A DNA stretch of 64,000 nt, taken from NCBI RefSeq assembly GCF_009914755.1, contig NC_060927.1; one strand, written 5' to 3'. A program made the position numbers and the translations under genes. The notes beneath the pieces were generated by a model. It was not told the origin of the DNA and made no database searches. It saw only the letters and a program-made list of their open reading frames with translations. Positions within the stretch are counted from its first letter, which is position 1. Each line of letters starts with the position of its first letter. The DNA is from the human T2T-CHM13v2.0 reference genome, Homo sapiens. Of the stretch, positions 41,131-58,249 are shown piece by piece.

Positions 41131-42644
41131 GCCCTGCCTCTCCAAACTGCACACATTCCTTGAGCCCCTGGCCTTCCTCTGTGGCCCTTTGCTTCTTTCT
41201 GGTGCCCCTGCCAGCCCAGGGCTAAGAGGATTCCTGTGAATGGTGAGGTTACACAATGGGCAGGGAGCTCTGAACAATGCTCCCACTTCCTCCCCTTTTT
41301 CTAGGGTGTGTAACTGCCCAGCGCCTTCACAATTTCCAGTCCTGCATGGAAGACGTGTCTGGATATTGGTGAATACATAGATGAACTACTGCAGGAGCGC
41401 ACACTTGAGTATATTTTTGTGTGGGTAGCCATCAGACTGGGAAAGAATGGGGTGGGGATCTAAGAATGGGCACATTCTGGCCGGTGAATAAAGGAAGACC
41501 ATTTTGAAATATCAATGTAACCCCAGACACCTGCCTTTTCTGCAAAGCTACCTTATACTGAGTGAATACTGATTTGGTGGATGTGCCATTGCTGCCTGGA
41601 AAGATCCTCTGCTCTTGGCAAGAGGCAGCAGGGAATGTGAAGAGGCCCCTGAGTTTGCAGGGAAGGGCCTAGGGCAGGGTTTGTGCCTGCTGGGGCAGGG
41701 CCAGTGTGATGGAAGAGTGCCCCCTAGTGAGTCACATCTCCAGTTGCTGGGGTCAGCTCAGCCCAGGGCTCCCCAGGTGGGTCTTGGGTCTGAGGTTGGG
41801 GGTGAGGGGAGGGGGAGGGGAAGAGATGTTTGGGACAGGATTTCATCCTGGGACAGGTGTCTCTCAGACCTCTCCAAGAATGGACTCATGGCTCCAGTTG
41901 TGTTTCTGCACTTTCCTCCCATTTCAGCCTCTGCTGGGCTTTCACGTGGTCTTTAAAGAGATACCATCTTTAACATAAACAGCCTTATATCATTGGCGTG
42001 GGAAAACACCTTGCATTCACTCACCCATTCACCCTTCCACATATCTATTCTGTCATGTATTTCATACCTTCAATCAACAAACATTCCCTGCGCACCTGCT
42101 CTGAGTCAGCCCCTATGAGTCAAAGGGGGCTTCCATTCTTGCAGGGCTCTCAGGCCACTTGGTGCAGGGGAAAAAGAAGCAAGTACACTACAAAGTGGAG
42201 AGTTACACCTTGAAGGAAGGGAGCATGGGCACAGGGAGGCAGTCATGACGGGCTTCCTGGAAGAGACATTTCTCAAGCTGAGTGCTGAAGGCCAAGTTGA
42301 ACAGTGAGATGTCTTCCCCAGGCTGGCATCTGGAGAACCTGCACTAGAAGCACAGACCCCCTGGTTTACTAAAACAGTGGCAGGAACTGTTGAACCATTC
42401 TTGGGTGGCCATTGATCTGCAGCCATCCATATGTCCCTCCCTAGGAGTAATCCTGGAGGGAAGGAGGACTACAAAGGCACATGGAAACTTGAGTGGAGGG
42501 TGCTGGATATATTTACTCTCTTGACTGTGGTGTACTTATGATGAAACTTATCAAACTGTGCATTTTAAATAGGTGGGTTTACTATATATTAAGTATACCT
42601 CAAAAGAAAAAGGGGAAAAAAAGTCAAATAGTTCTACAATGTAA

Positions 42645-44450
<1,806 letters not shown>

Positions 44451-46232
44451 GCCCTGTGTGGGAGCAGAGCTGGATTCTTGGAGGGTTTCACAGAAAAAGG
44501 GTGGGATAGGATTCTGGCCCTAATATTGGGGACCCCAAAGTAGCAGAATATGTAGGTCATTTCCCTTGGGCCAGCAAGATTTCCAGTGAAGGATCCTCTG
44601 AGTCTCCTGCCTGGAGGCTGGCAGCCAGCATTGGGAGAGCAGAATGAGGAGGGGGCGATGAAGGGGGTTGGGAGGAATAAGCATGACCAGGACCCCACCA
44701 CTGCCATCCCTGCCTTTAGGCTCTCCAGATGATAACTCTACAATTTGGCAGTGAGGAGGGATACGGGGTAAGGGGGTTGATCTTCCCTTTATGAAGTGAG
44801 GGAGGGGATCTTGGAGAGTGCTCCCCTTCCCCTTCTTCAGGTTCTTACCCACAGTCCTGTTTTGGATCTCACCCTGGCCCACTTCATAGAGGTGTCTGGT
44901 GCCTCTTAAGCTTGTTGGAGATTCTTCCCCAAACGCTCAGCAGGGAGAAAGGAAAGAATCTCATTTTTCTGTTTTCCCCTTTCTAGAATTTTGTTGACAT
45001 CCCTCTCCTGCTTCTCCTCTCCTGCCTTCTTTCGCTGAAGGGTTTGGCTTTTTCTTTCATCTCTTGCCATCCAGCAGGCAGGGTTTGGGGCGGAGCCAGG
45101 GTGAAGGTATTCACTCCTCCGTTTAGCTTCCTCTTCCTTTTTCCCACTGAGGTGGCTCATTCCAGGCCTTGTCAGGACTGGTATGGGCGCTTGCGCCAGG
45201 AAGCTGGCAGACTCAGGGTTGTTCATCTGGTTCTGCCACTTCAGGGCTTGCTTTCCATGCTGTGGGCTGGGCTCCCATACATCCGCCAAGGATAAACCCA
45301 GGGGTGGGGATGCTTCTGTGAAGGCAGTACTCTGGATGGTGTGAGGACTCTGTGCTCCAGCACTCCAGGGCCAAAGCCAAGACCTTCCAAAGAAAAACTT
45401 GAGGTCCTGGGTTGCAGAGGCCCAGGGCTAATCCTAGGACCCCAGGGGGATGCTTTTCCAGGAAAAGGCTGACCCAGAGCTGCCTTTGGGTCTAAACGGG
45501 TAACCTTTCCTCTTTGTATTCATAGGAGAAGGCGTTGGGAGGGAGCTCTGCCTCCTCCAGGCCCACCTTTTGCTGCCTTCTGAGGGCACAGCTGCCCTTC
45601 AGCCCCTTTGGGAAAGTTATGTTCTTTGACCTGGCAAGGTTGGGGCTGGAGTGTCTCTTGGGAGATATGATAATGTCTGCTTATTTTGTGCAGAAGCCCT
45701 CACGGTGTGTTGTGTGGGCACTGGTTTAAAATGCCAGGGAGATTCCATAATCAGTATTCTTTCTTAGAGATTCACAATGGCATCGATTTCTATGAAAAGC
45801 CTGAAAATTCCTGCAGGAAAGAAACCACATATTTTGTTTAAGGCACCCACATAAGTGAAGACAGGCTGAAAGAAATTAGACTGATCTTAAAGGATATCAG
45901 GCAAGGGACAAATTGGAGTATGGAGCCTAACATCCTAGTGGAGAATAAGATGGCTCCAGCATTGAAGACCATGAATAGTGCAGTCTTAGTTAAGATGGTC
46001 ATTGGCTAAACTCTGTTGGGGGTCTGGTGTTTCCTGGTTCCCCAGCTTGCTTTCTCAGACCTTTGTGGCAGGACCCATCTTGCTCACCCCGGCACAAATC
46101 CAAAGTGACTGGGGCAGGAGGAGAAATGGAATCCAGCACTTGTACAAAGGGGTTGGCCTTGGAAAGGCTCAGAGAGTTTTTTCCTAGGAGTCAGAGGGAA
46201 GTACCAGAGAGACATAGGCTAGGCAGGGATGA

Positions 46233-46581
<349 letters not shown>

Positions 46582-46727
46582 GCAATTATTAATATTTTTG
46601 GATGGTGGTGTACCTGCATTTTTAGTAAGATATAACAATATAAAAGGATATAATAAAATTCAACCATTTGGGTGTGTAGTTTGAGAAATTTGGGTAATTA
46701 TATGCAATTGTATAACCACAACCATAA

Positions 46728-47354
<627 letters not shown>

Positions 47355-47684
47355 AGACTATATTTTCATTTATTTTTGTGAATAGTTTGGAATAGAATTG
47401 CTGGGTATGCGGAAAGTGTATGCTTAGCTTTGTAAGATACCACACGGTTTTCCAAAGTGCTGTGTTGTTATACATTCCCATCAATAATGTGTGAGAGTTT
47501 CAGTTGCTCCCCATCTGTCAACACTTGGTATTGTCAGCCTTTTAAATTTTACCCATTCTAGTGGGTAAGTAATGGTGTTTCATTATGGTTTTAGTTTGCA
47601 ACTGTCTGATAACTAGTGATACTGAACATCTTTTCATGTGGTTATTGGCCACTCACACATCTTCTTTTATAAAATACCTGTCCA

Positions 47685-48062
<378 letters not shown>

Positions 48063-48254
48063 CTATATTCTGGTTGTAAGCTCTTTATCAGATGTATGTT
48101 TTGCAAGTACTTTCTCCCAGTCTGTGGCTTGCCTTTTCCTTTGGGTTGGAGATGGGCCACTTACTCTCTGGGCGACCTTGGACAAGTGACTGCGACTTAG
48201 CTTCTCTAAGCCTTGTTTTCCTCATGTGTAAAATAAGAATTTAAAATGTTGCTT

Positions 48255-49329
48255 AGGGGTCCCAGCAGCTCAGGCAGCCAGAGGAGCTGCAGCAGCCAGG
48301 CAGCACTGCTTCTCCAAGGCTCCCGGCACCGCTCGCTGCAGGCACCTGGCACGCACCCTCTCCGCCACCAAGACACCCAAAAGGAAGGTCAGCTCAGCTT
48401 AGCCAAAGGGTGGTGAAGGAAGAGCCCAAGAGAAGACCTGCAAGGTTGTCAGCTAACCCTAAAGTGGAAAGGAAGCCCACAAAGGCAGCAGGAAAGGATA
48501 AATCTTCAGACAAAAAAGAGCAGACAAAAGGGAAAACAGGATGAGGTGGCTAACCAGGAAGCCAAAGAAGCTTTACCTGCAGAAAATGAAGAACTAAAAA
48601 AATGAGGAGAGTCCAGGCTCTGATGAAGCCCAGAGAAGGAAGCTGACTCTGATTGATATTATCTTCCCTGTCCTAGCAGTGGTCTCTATCCCTCTTCTTG
48701 TACAATCCAGAGGAATATTTTTATCAACTATTGTTTACAAATGCAAGTTTTTTAGCAGCTCCAGAAACATTTTTAAGAAGGAGGGAATCCTTTCTCATTC
48801 AAATTCTAAGTGTAAATGCTTTTTTTTAAGGTAATTTGCTGATTGTTTATTTTTTGGTATGGCCAGATAATAGTGGCATATTGATTACAGAGGGCTTTGA
48901 CTGTCTTGGTTGTCAGCTTAACATTCCATAGTTGGGGATGGGTCATTTATACCCTGTAATACAAAGCATCCAAAATGCAATTTGCAGAAACAGTCGTGCA
49001 TTTAATACTTTTTAAACATTTTAAATTACTTCTATTCCCATGTTGTTTATAAGTAGAATTGTTAAAGAAAACCGCTCCTTGATGGTGGCGCTCCCTGTCA
49101 GAATAGTGTGCACTCGGTAACATCTTTGGTCATGGTAGTCCAGTTTTCCTGATAACTTTGGTAATGTGCTGTGAAAGGTTGACAATTTGAGTATGCGGTG
49201 TAATATTAAATTATAAATTGGCAGAAATTATGAGGTAACAGCTTATCAACATTTGAAAATATTGATAGTTGATATCCTCTTAAGGAATATTTGCCTCTAA
49301 ATTGTAAGCTGGAAAGTCACTGGAATAAC
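48255..49329 (+). pseudogene. Processed HMGN1 (HMG-14) pseudogene, disabled and 3'-truncated
   Basis: ATG replaced by ACA at 48373, then PKRKVSSA*; fragments KEEPKRRPARLSA, KDKSSDKK, EVANQEAKEALPAEN, EESPGSDEA with indels and stops. CDS remnant ends near 48656 and is followed by an HMGN1-like 3' UTR up to ...gctggaaagtcactggaataac. Confidence 0.9.
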
Positions 49330-49579
49330 GAATAATTTTATTTCAGAAGTTTAAATCATTGCGAATGATATAATATTTAGTAAAATCATTTAAAAATAAG
49401 GCTGTTCAATTGCTCTTTTAAATGTATCATAGGGAATCTGAATATCATCCCAATTTAATACCCATCCATATGCTTTAGAAAAACAATACATGAAGGAGTT
49501 CTTATTAAATAAGAATCAGAAATTCTAGTTAGTTCTTTTTCTCCTTGAAGTTGTATTTCTATTCTCTTCCCCCACAACA

Positions 49580-49715
49580 TTTTTTACTCTTTATATATAT
49601 AAATATATATAATTTTTTACTCTTTATAATAAATGTATATAATTTTGTACTCTTTATATATAGTATTATGTATATAGAAATAAATGAAATATATATGTGT
49701 ATGTATACATACATA
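49580..49715. repeat. AT-rich minisatellite-like tract (3 x about 30-33 bp) plus (TA)n
   Basis: ttt(t/g)tactctttata...tatataa repeated three times. Confidence 0.8.
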
Positions 49716-49719
49716 TAAT

Positions 49720-49842
49720 TGCCAGCCTGCCCTACAGATTTCAGACCGGTCAATCCCGACGAGTACTTGAGCCAATTCCTTAAAATCTCTCTCTCTCCCC
49801 ATTTTATTGGTTTTCTTTCTCCAGAGAGCCCTGATTAATACA
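49720..49842 (+). mobile_element. MLT2-like (ERVL LTR) 3' fragment
   Basis: cctacagatttcagac...tgagccaattccttaaaatctctctctc...attggttttctttctccagagagccctgattaataca. Confidence 0.75.
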
Positions 49843-50364
49843 GTAGCCAAGATTATATTAACTGTTTTTTCACATTACAGGCAACTCTCCCCTAGGATTT
49901 TGGTGAAAAAGGAATACATTTCTTGTCTTTAAGGCCCTGATATTTTGGGGTCTGTTTATTAGTGGTCTTACTACGTGCTAATACATATATTTACTCTGTG
50001 CTAGATATTGTCCTGGGCACTGGGGATGATAATGTTCACCTCCAAGTTTTGTTGTGAGAATTTAACAAAAACTTATATGTGAGAGCCCTTAGCTTAGAGC
50101 TGGCGCATAGTAGGCTCTGTGTGTTAATAAGCTAGTTTTAGAAGTGTCCTTATGTGTGTAAGCAGCCATAAGAAGCAGCCATATGGAGATGTGGCTGTGG
50201 GTGGAAAGAATGCGCCACTGGACTCATCAGGGACCACAGACAGAGCAGAGACCCCTGGGCATACAGCCTGTAAACGCGGTAAGGATACCCTTAGCAAATT
50301 GTTCTTGGTTTGGTTTCCTCTCTAACTTCTCTTCTATACTATCTCAACACTCACCTTCTTTCTA

Positions 50365-50650
50365 TATTAGTTATCTACTGCTGTGTAACAAACTATCCCA
50401 AAACTTAGTGGCTAAAACAGCAATAAATAGTTATTATAGCTCACAGACTCTCTGGATCAGGAATTTGAGAGTGGCTTGGCTGGTGGGGGTTCTGACGTGG
50501 GGTCTTTCAGGGGGTTGCAGTTGAGGTGTGGGTTGGAGCTGCAGTTATCTGAAGTATTAACTGAGGTTAGAGGACCCTCTTCCTAGGTGGCTCACTCACA
50601 TTGCCAGCAAGTTGGCGCTGCTGGCTGTTGACTTGAAGCCCCAGTCCTTT
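50365..50650 (-). mobile_element. MLT1 LTR fragment
   Basis: tattagttatctactgctgtgtaacaaactatcccaaaacttagtggctaaaacagc. Confidence 0.75.
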
Positions 50651-51214
50651 CTCCTCTTTGAACATGCATCTTTTGGGAATGCCCTGAGTCGCCCCTTTCT
50701 TTGCCTGGGAAGCTCAGTGTATCCTTAAAGTCTCAGCTTGGTGATCACTAAGAAGGAATTCTACTGAACTTTTGGAAAAGCCAGCTGCCTATTGGGAGTA
50801 ATTCCATTTGCTGAGATCCTAAATAGCTTCAATGCCAGCTTTCAGGTTGACTTAGGAAATGTTGGAGCCCTTGGCACACACTAACTTTCATTCTGTAGGA
50901 CCCCACTGGTCTCATGAGTACGATCCACCAGCATGGTCCTGAAGCTAGCCGCAAGAATGTCATCTGCATCTGCAGTAGTTGGAGGCTCAGAAGAGACTAA
51001 GCTCTCTCCACAATCTCCCTTCCCTCCTGAAATGGAGCTGATCCTTCCCGACTGGGTCCCCTGTGCCCTTGCAGACCTCTGTCTTCACACCCAGGACAGG
51101 ACTTCAGTGATCTTGTTTCCCTGAACAACTTGTTACTAGATGCGTTGCAAAGACAGGGGATTGGGCCTTTCTCATCTCTTGGCACCCGGCACTTAGTAGC
51201 TGTCAGTAAATACT

Positions 51215-51900
51215 CATTTTTCTCCACCCCTACTGTCCCCACCCTGGTCCAAACTGCCACTTTCTCCCTCCTGGCCACTGCAATAGTGTCCTCACTCATT
51301 TCCCTGCTTCCACTATTGCCACTCTTCAGCCTGTTCTTTGCATTGTAGCTGGAGTGCTCTTTCAGAAACATGACTTAGATTATACTGCTCCTCTTCCTAA
51401 AAACTTCCCAGGGCTCTTGAAATCACATCCAGAATCCACCCTTTTCTGCACCTCTCCTACAGCTCTCTTGCCTGGTCACTGGGCTCCAGCCACACTGGCC
51501 TTTTAGACCCCAAACCTGCCAAGATCCTGCCCACTCCAGGGTTTTTGCACCTGCTGTTCCCACCCTTAGAACTCTGGCTCCACATCTTCTTGTGGCTGGT
51601 GCCTTCTTTTCCTTCATGTCTGATCTCACACATTGCCTCCTCAGAGAGGCCCCCATGACCACCCAGCTTAAAACACCCCCAGCCTCGGGCACTCTCTGGC
51701 ATATCCTCTTCCTGTTCTCTGCATAGAAACAAGTCATTTCATCAGCAACTAATTATTTATGTGTGGGATTGTTTCTTTATGGTCAATCTACCCTCAACTG
51801 AATGTCAACTTGATCAGGAGGGATTTTGCTTTATTCCCTGTGCCAGGCACAGTGCCAGGCATGTAACATTGCCATAAATATTTATTGGATCAATGAATAC
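51215..51900 (+). mobile_element. L2 fragment
   Basis: ccctggtccaaactgccac...; gctccagccacactggcc...tttgcacctgctgttccc...; ataaatatttattggatcaatgaat. Confidence 0.75.
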
Positions 51901-52014
51901 AAAGAAGAAAGGGAGGCCAGAAGAGAAGAAAGGGAAGAAAGGAAGAAGATGGAGGGAAGAATAACAGATCAGGAAGGGGCAAATGGAGGGAGAGCCGAGA
52001 GAGAAAGACTCTGC

Positions 52015-52205
52015 CACAGTAGTTAAGAGCCAGGGTCATTGCCTCAGACAACCCTGGTGGTATGTCATCTCGAGCGTGTGATCACTCATTTCTCTGTGCC
52101 TCAGCCCCTCATTTATGAGATGGATTTTCCCTCACAGGGCTGTTATGAAAATGAAACAACATAACATATGTAAATACTATCCTGGTGCCAGGCACTAAAA
52201 AAGCA
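52015..52205 (+). mobile_element. MIR
   Basis: gtagttaagagc...tctctgtgcctcag...cctcacagggctgttatgaaaatgaaa. Confidence 0.65.
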
Positions 52206-54574
52206 CATGATTAATGGGGAAAGAGAAAGAGAGAGAGAACACAGTCTCTTCCCTGCACACTTACTGGGGAATTCGTTTGCTCTCCCTCCCTTCCCGCCAT
52301 TCAGGGGATTGGAGCCCTGGGGAGCATCTGAAACCCAGGATCAGCCCTAGTCATATGTCTTCATGTCCTGACACGTGCTGGGGTCCAGTCTCCACCCCGT
52401 ACTGGTGGCTGTCCTGTTTATAGCCAGCAGACTGGAGTGGCTGAGCAGTCAGACTCCAGCTGGAGTTCCCTGGGAGACCTAATGTCCCCAGCACATTCCA
52501 GACCTGCTCCCTTGGGAGGCGGTGCCAAGACAGCATCTTCCTTGCCGCCTGATTTCCATGAGGAACAATGGCTAAGGAAGGAAGGTCCTGGGATGGAGAG
52601 TGAGTTGGAGGGGTAGAATGGGATGCGGGAAGGGGAGAGAGCCCTTGGTGTCTGCAACTGCAAAGCCTTTAATGCTGGAGACTTGGCCGGCTCATTTTCC
52701 CCCACACTTGCAGCTGCCACCCACCCCTGGGCCCACACAGCCCCTCTCAATGGCATAGTCAGAAGAGGAGGAATGCTCAGCCCAGGGCTCCCAAGAGGAA
52801 CCAACTCTTCTTAGGGTCCTTTCTTTTTACTTCTGAGCTGAAGGTACTCTCCTCTATTCCTACTATTGCCTGCGTGTTAGGCTGATAAGTGGTCACTTGG
52901 AGATGGTGGGATGGGGCTAGGGTGGGGGATTGCAAGGTGCTGAGAACAGCAACTCAGGAAAACTTCTCTCCTCTCTAACTGGTTTTGCCACCTAGAACAA
53001 AAAGATGAGCCTCACTCTCAGCTTGTGCAAAATAAGCATTGTAATAGAACTTAGCTCATAGATAAGGTTGTTGTATATCTAATGGTGTCCAGCACATGCT
53101 CAATAATTACCTTCTCATGGAGCAGTTCTTTAAATTCTCACCTCTCTCCACTGCAGTGGGACCTCCCATGTGCCAGGTTTCCCTCACTAAGACTCAAGGG
53201 CAGTTCTGAGCCAGCGGCACCCTCTGCCAAAGCTGTTCATGAGGATGAGTCATGTTATCTGGGATTCTCTCCTTTTGCTTTGGGGATGAGAAGATTGAAG
53301 CTTTCTGTCCCTGTCTTTGTCTATTATTCACTCCCTTGGGTCTTTTATCAACATCATCCTTTAGCACAACCTTCCCTGATCACCTTATTTAAATTATAAC
53401 ATACTCTAGTCCCTGTCCTTTTTTCCACATTTTTTTTTCCTCCACTGACTTACTTCCATTCTACATATTATTTATCTCACTTATTTATTGTTTTATTGTT
53501 TGTTTTCCCCACTGTAATGTAAACAGCACAAAGTCAGGTAGTTTTGCCTGTTTTGTTTGTGTCTGTGTCCTTGATGACTAGAACAATGTTTGACACATAG
53601 TAAGTGCTCTATAAAAATTTGCTGAAGGAGTGAAATTAACTCTTGGACGTTTTTGTCATGGGATGATCCATATAACTTTTTGATTTGTGGCTGCCTACAG
53701 GAAGCCACTTTTCCCCCCTAACTCATTTAAGGTGCTTATAAAGTACCCTAGCAATATCCCTCTGAGTCTGAGAAGTGGGCACTCACAGGATATGCGTGCG
53801 GCTGGTCCCAGTCTGCTAAACTCTTCTGTGTTCTGATTGGTCCAGTGGTCTCATCTCTTGCAGTGTGGTCACACTGTGATTACTATCAGTTGTAGGTGGA
53901 ATGCAACCCAGTGGATTTAAATGGGGTAAAGTTAGTATCAAATAATCAGTGGGTTTTGCAGATGTAATGTCCTAAGCCTTGTATAGTAGGAATCATGTTT
54001 GGCCATGAGTATTGGATGCCACACTAAGAGTGGCTTAAACTTAAGTAAGGGATTCATTTTTCTTCCATAATGCATGAAGTCTGCAGGTGGGTACTGGGAC
54101 TGGTGTGGCAGCTCCACGGCATCTTTAGTGTCCCAGCTCTTTTTGTCTTTCTGTTCCTCCTTTCTTTGCCCACCGCGTCTAGACTTAGCCTGATGGTTGT
54201 AAGATAACCACTGCACTTCCAGCTATCAAGTCAGCCTTCAAGCAGTAAGAGGGCTAAGGTTAAGTGGAGCAGACAAAAGGGTGTCCTGAGTTAGTTTCCT
54301 TTAAAAAGGATCCAGTCTGACAATCTTTGATTTTAATTGGGACATTTAGCCCATTTATATTTAGTGAATTATTAATATACTAGCGTTCAAATCCGCTATC
54401 TTACCGTTTGTCTTTTATTGATTTTACATATTTTGTTTTTCTTCTTTCTTGCTTTCTTGTGGATTAAGTATTTTTATTATTCCAACCCACTTAGATTATT
54501 AGTTATAGTTTTCCTATTTTTTTCCATGGTCACTCTAGAGATTACAACATGTAGCCTTGACTTATTAAAGTCTT

Positions 54575-54850
54575 AGCCTATAATCCCAGCACTTTGAGTG
54601 GCCACAGAGGGAGGATTGCTTGAGCCCAGGAGTTTGAGACCACCTTGGGCAATACAGGGAGACCTCGTCTCTACAAAAAATAAAAAAATGATCTGGGTGT
54701 GGTGGTGTATGCCTATAGTCCCAGTTACTCAGGAGGCTAATTGGGAGGATTGCCTGAGCTCTGGACGTGGAGGCTGCAGCGAGCCGTGATTGCACCACTT
54801 CACTCCAGCCAGGGCAACAGAGAGAGAGCCTGTCTCAACAACAACAAAAA
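54575..54850 (+). mobile_element. AluJ-type, 5'-truncated
   Basis: ggaggattgcttgagcccaggagtttgagacc (J diagnostic). Confidence 0.92.
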
Positions 54851-54956
54851 GTCTAATGTAAATTAATACTTTTGGCAATTCCAGGGCAATGTAAAGACTT
54901 GAGAACACTGTAACTCACTCCCCTCCCATCTTTTCTGTTCTTGTCATGTATTTTAA

Positions 54957-55268
<312 letters not shown>

Positions 55269-56716
55269 TAGTTCTATATATATTTTAAAGCTCACAAAAT
55301 ATTATTACTGTTTTTTACATATTGTAATGAGTAAATCATTTGGAATTTCTCATCTATTGACCCTTTTTATTGCTTTCTATTCCTTCCTACACCTCCGTGC
55401 TTCCATTTGGGGTCATTTTCCTTTTGCTCTGTGAGTGTTTCCTATATCTAGATGGTAACAAAAGCTTCCCATTTTTGTTGGCTGGGAAAGGTCTTTATTG
55501 CAAACTTCTCTGCTGTTTGCAAAGAGGCAGAGTACCCTGGGTTCCAAGGTAGGACACTGTGAAGAGCTGGAGGACTTGAGCTGGATGGAAAGTTCACATC
55601 CCTTTTTTCTTGGGTGTGAGAGGCATCAAGTCAAGCCAGTGTTTGGCAGAAGTCACAGGCAGCTATTTGATTCTGACTTAGGCCAAAGAGTCAAATCTGG
55701 CTCTGGTCCAATTTCTGAAGGGGAGCTGCTCTTGGCTGTTCCTCTCACAAATCAGATTTTCCCCTAGGCAGCTGTGGTGTCAGAATCTCAATGTCCAGCC
55801 TCACTCTGAGCACAGTGGTGTGGAGAAGGAGGATCAGTGGGCCAACCCAAACTCTCCCTTCTCACTTACACAATAGAATAACTTTCTTAGGTCTACGTTT
55901 TTCAAAGGGCAACTCATTTGGAAACTGCTCTCTCCTTGAATTCCTCAGATAAGCCTCAGGCCTGTGTGGATAGAAGTGAGTGGTCATCAGTGTCCCTGGC
56001 TCTGACCATCCCTGGGCAGCCAGAGTGGTCCTGGCTGGATTTCTTAGACCCCTGTTGGGGTCTGGCCCAATGTGAATGGGTGGACCCAAGGATCCCAGAG
56101 TGAGCTGGGCCATGCAAGTCTTCTCCAGCTGGTATTCCTGTAGCTTGTGGCCCCAGCTCCCCGATCCCTACATGCTCTACTCCAACTCAAGCAGGAAAAC
56201 CGCACCAAGGTAAATGGTAGGACAAGAAGGCATTAGACTGCTTCTTTCACCACCTCAAAATCACAGAGGTCCCACCTGCCAAGGTGTGTAACTGCCTATA
56301 TTGAGGATGTAGGAAAGAAAGAAAACGGAAACACAGCTTATCTCTGTCTGACTTCTGACTCTTTCTGTGGGCAGGAGGGAAGTTAAAATGCATTTTTGGT
56401 GAGCTGCTAGTGCTTAGTTATTTTTTTTCTACAGGCTAAACAGAGGAGCCAAGAGAGTTTCCTTCTCTGAATTTTGTTTTGCTAAGTAAAACAAAAACTC
56501 ATTCTAGACTGTTTCTTCTGTCTGTAACATTCGTTCCCTAGATAGCTCATGGCTCACTCCTTCACTTGCAGGTCTCTGCTCAATGCTACCTTCTCAGAGA
56601 GGTCTTTCCTCTTCACCCTATTTAAAGCTACAACCACTATCACCCCCACCTCACCACTCACCCTTAAACCCTGGCAATTCCCCAATTCCCTTCACTGCTT
56701 TATTTTTCTCTGTCAC

Positions 56717-57337
<621 letters not shown>

Positions 57338-57474
57338 CTAAAGTGGTCGACATGCTTTATTTATCATCTGCCTTCCCTCATTAGATGTCGGCTATGTCAG
57401 CACAAAGATGCTGTATGTTTTGTCCTCTGCTCTGTCCCCAGAGCCAAGAATAGTGCCTGGCACATAGTTGGCAT

Positions 57475-58249
<775 letters not shown>

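Noticed and set aside
48231-49516. aaataagaat at 48231-48240 and 49507-49516 as the TSD of the HMGN1 retrocopy
   Set aside because: Only 10 AT-rich nt, not flush with the retrocopy ends and not preceded by a poly(A) tail; probably chance.
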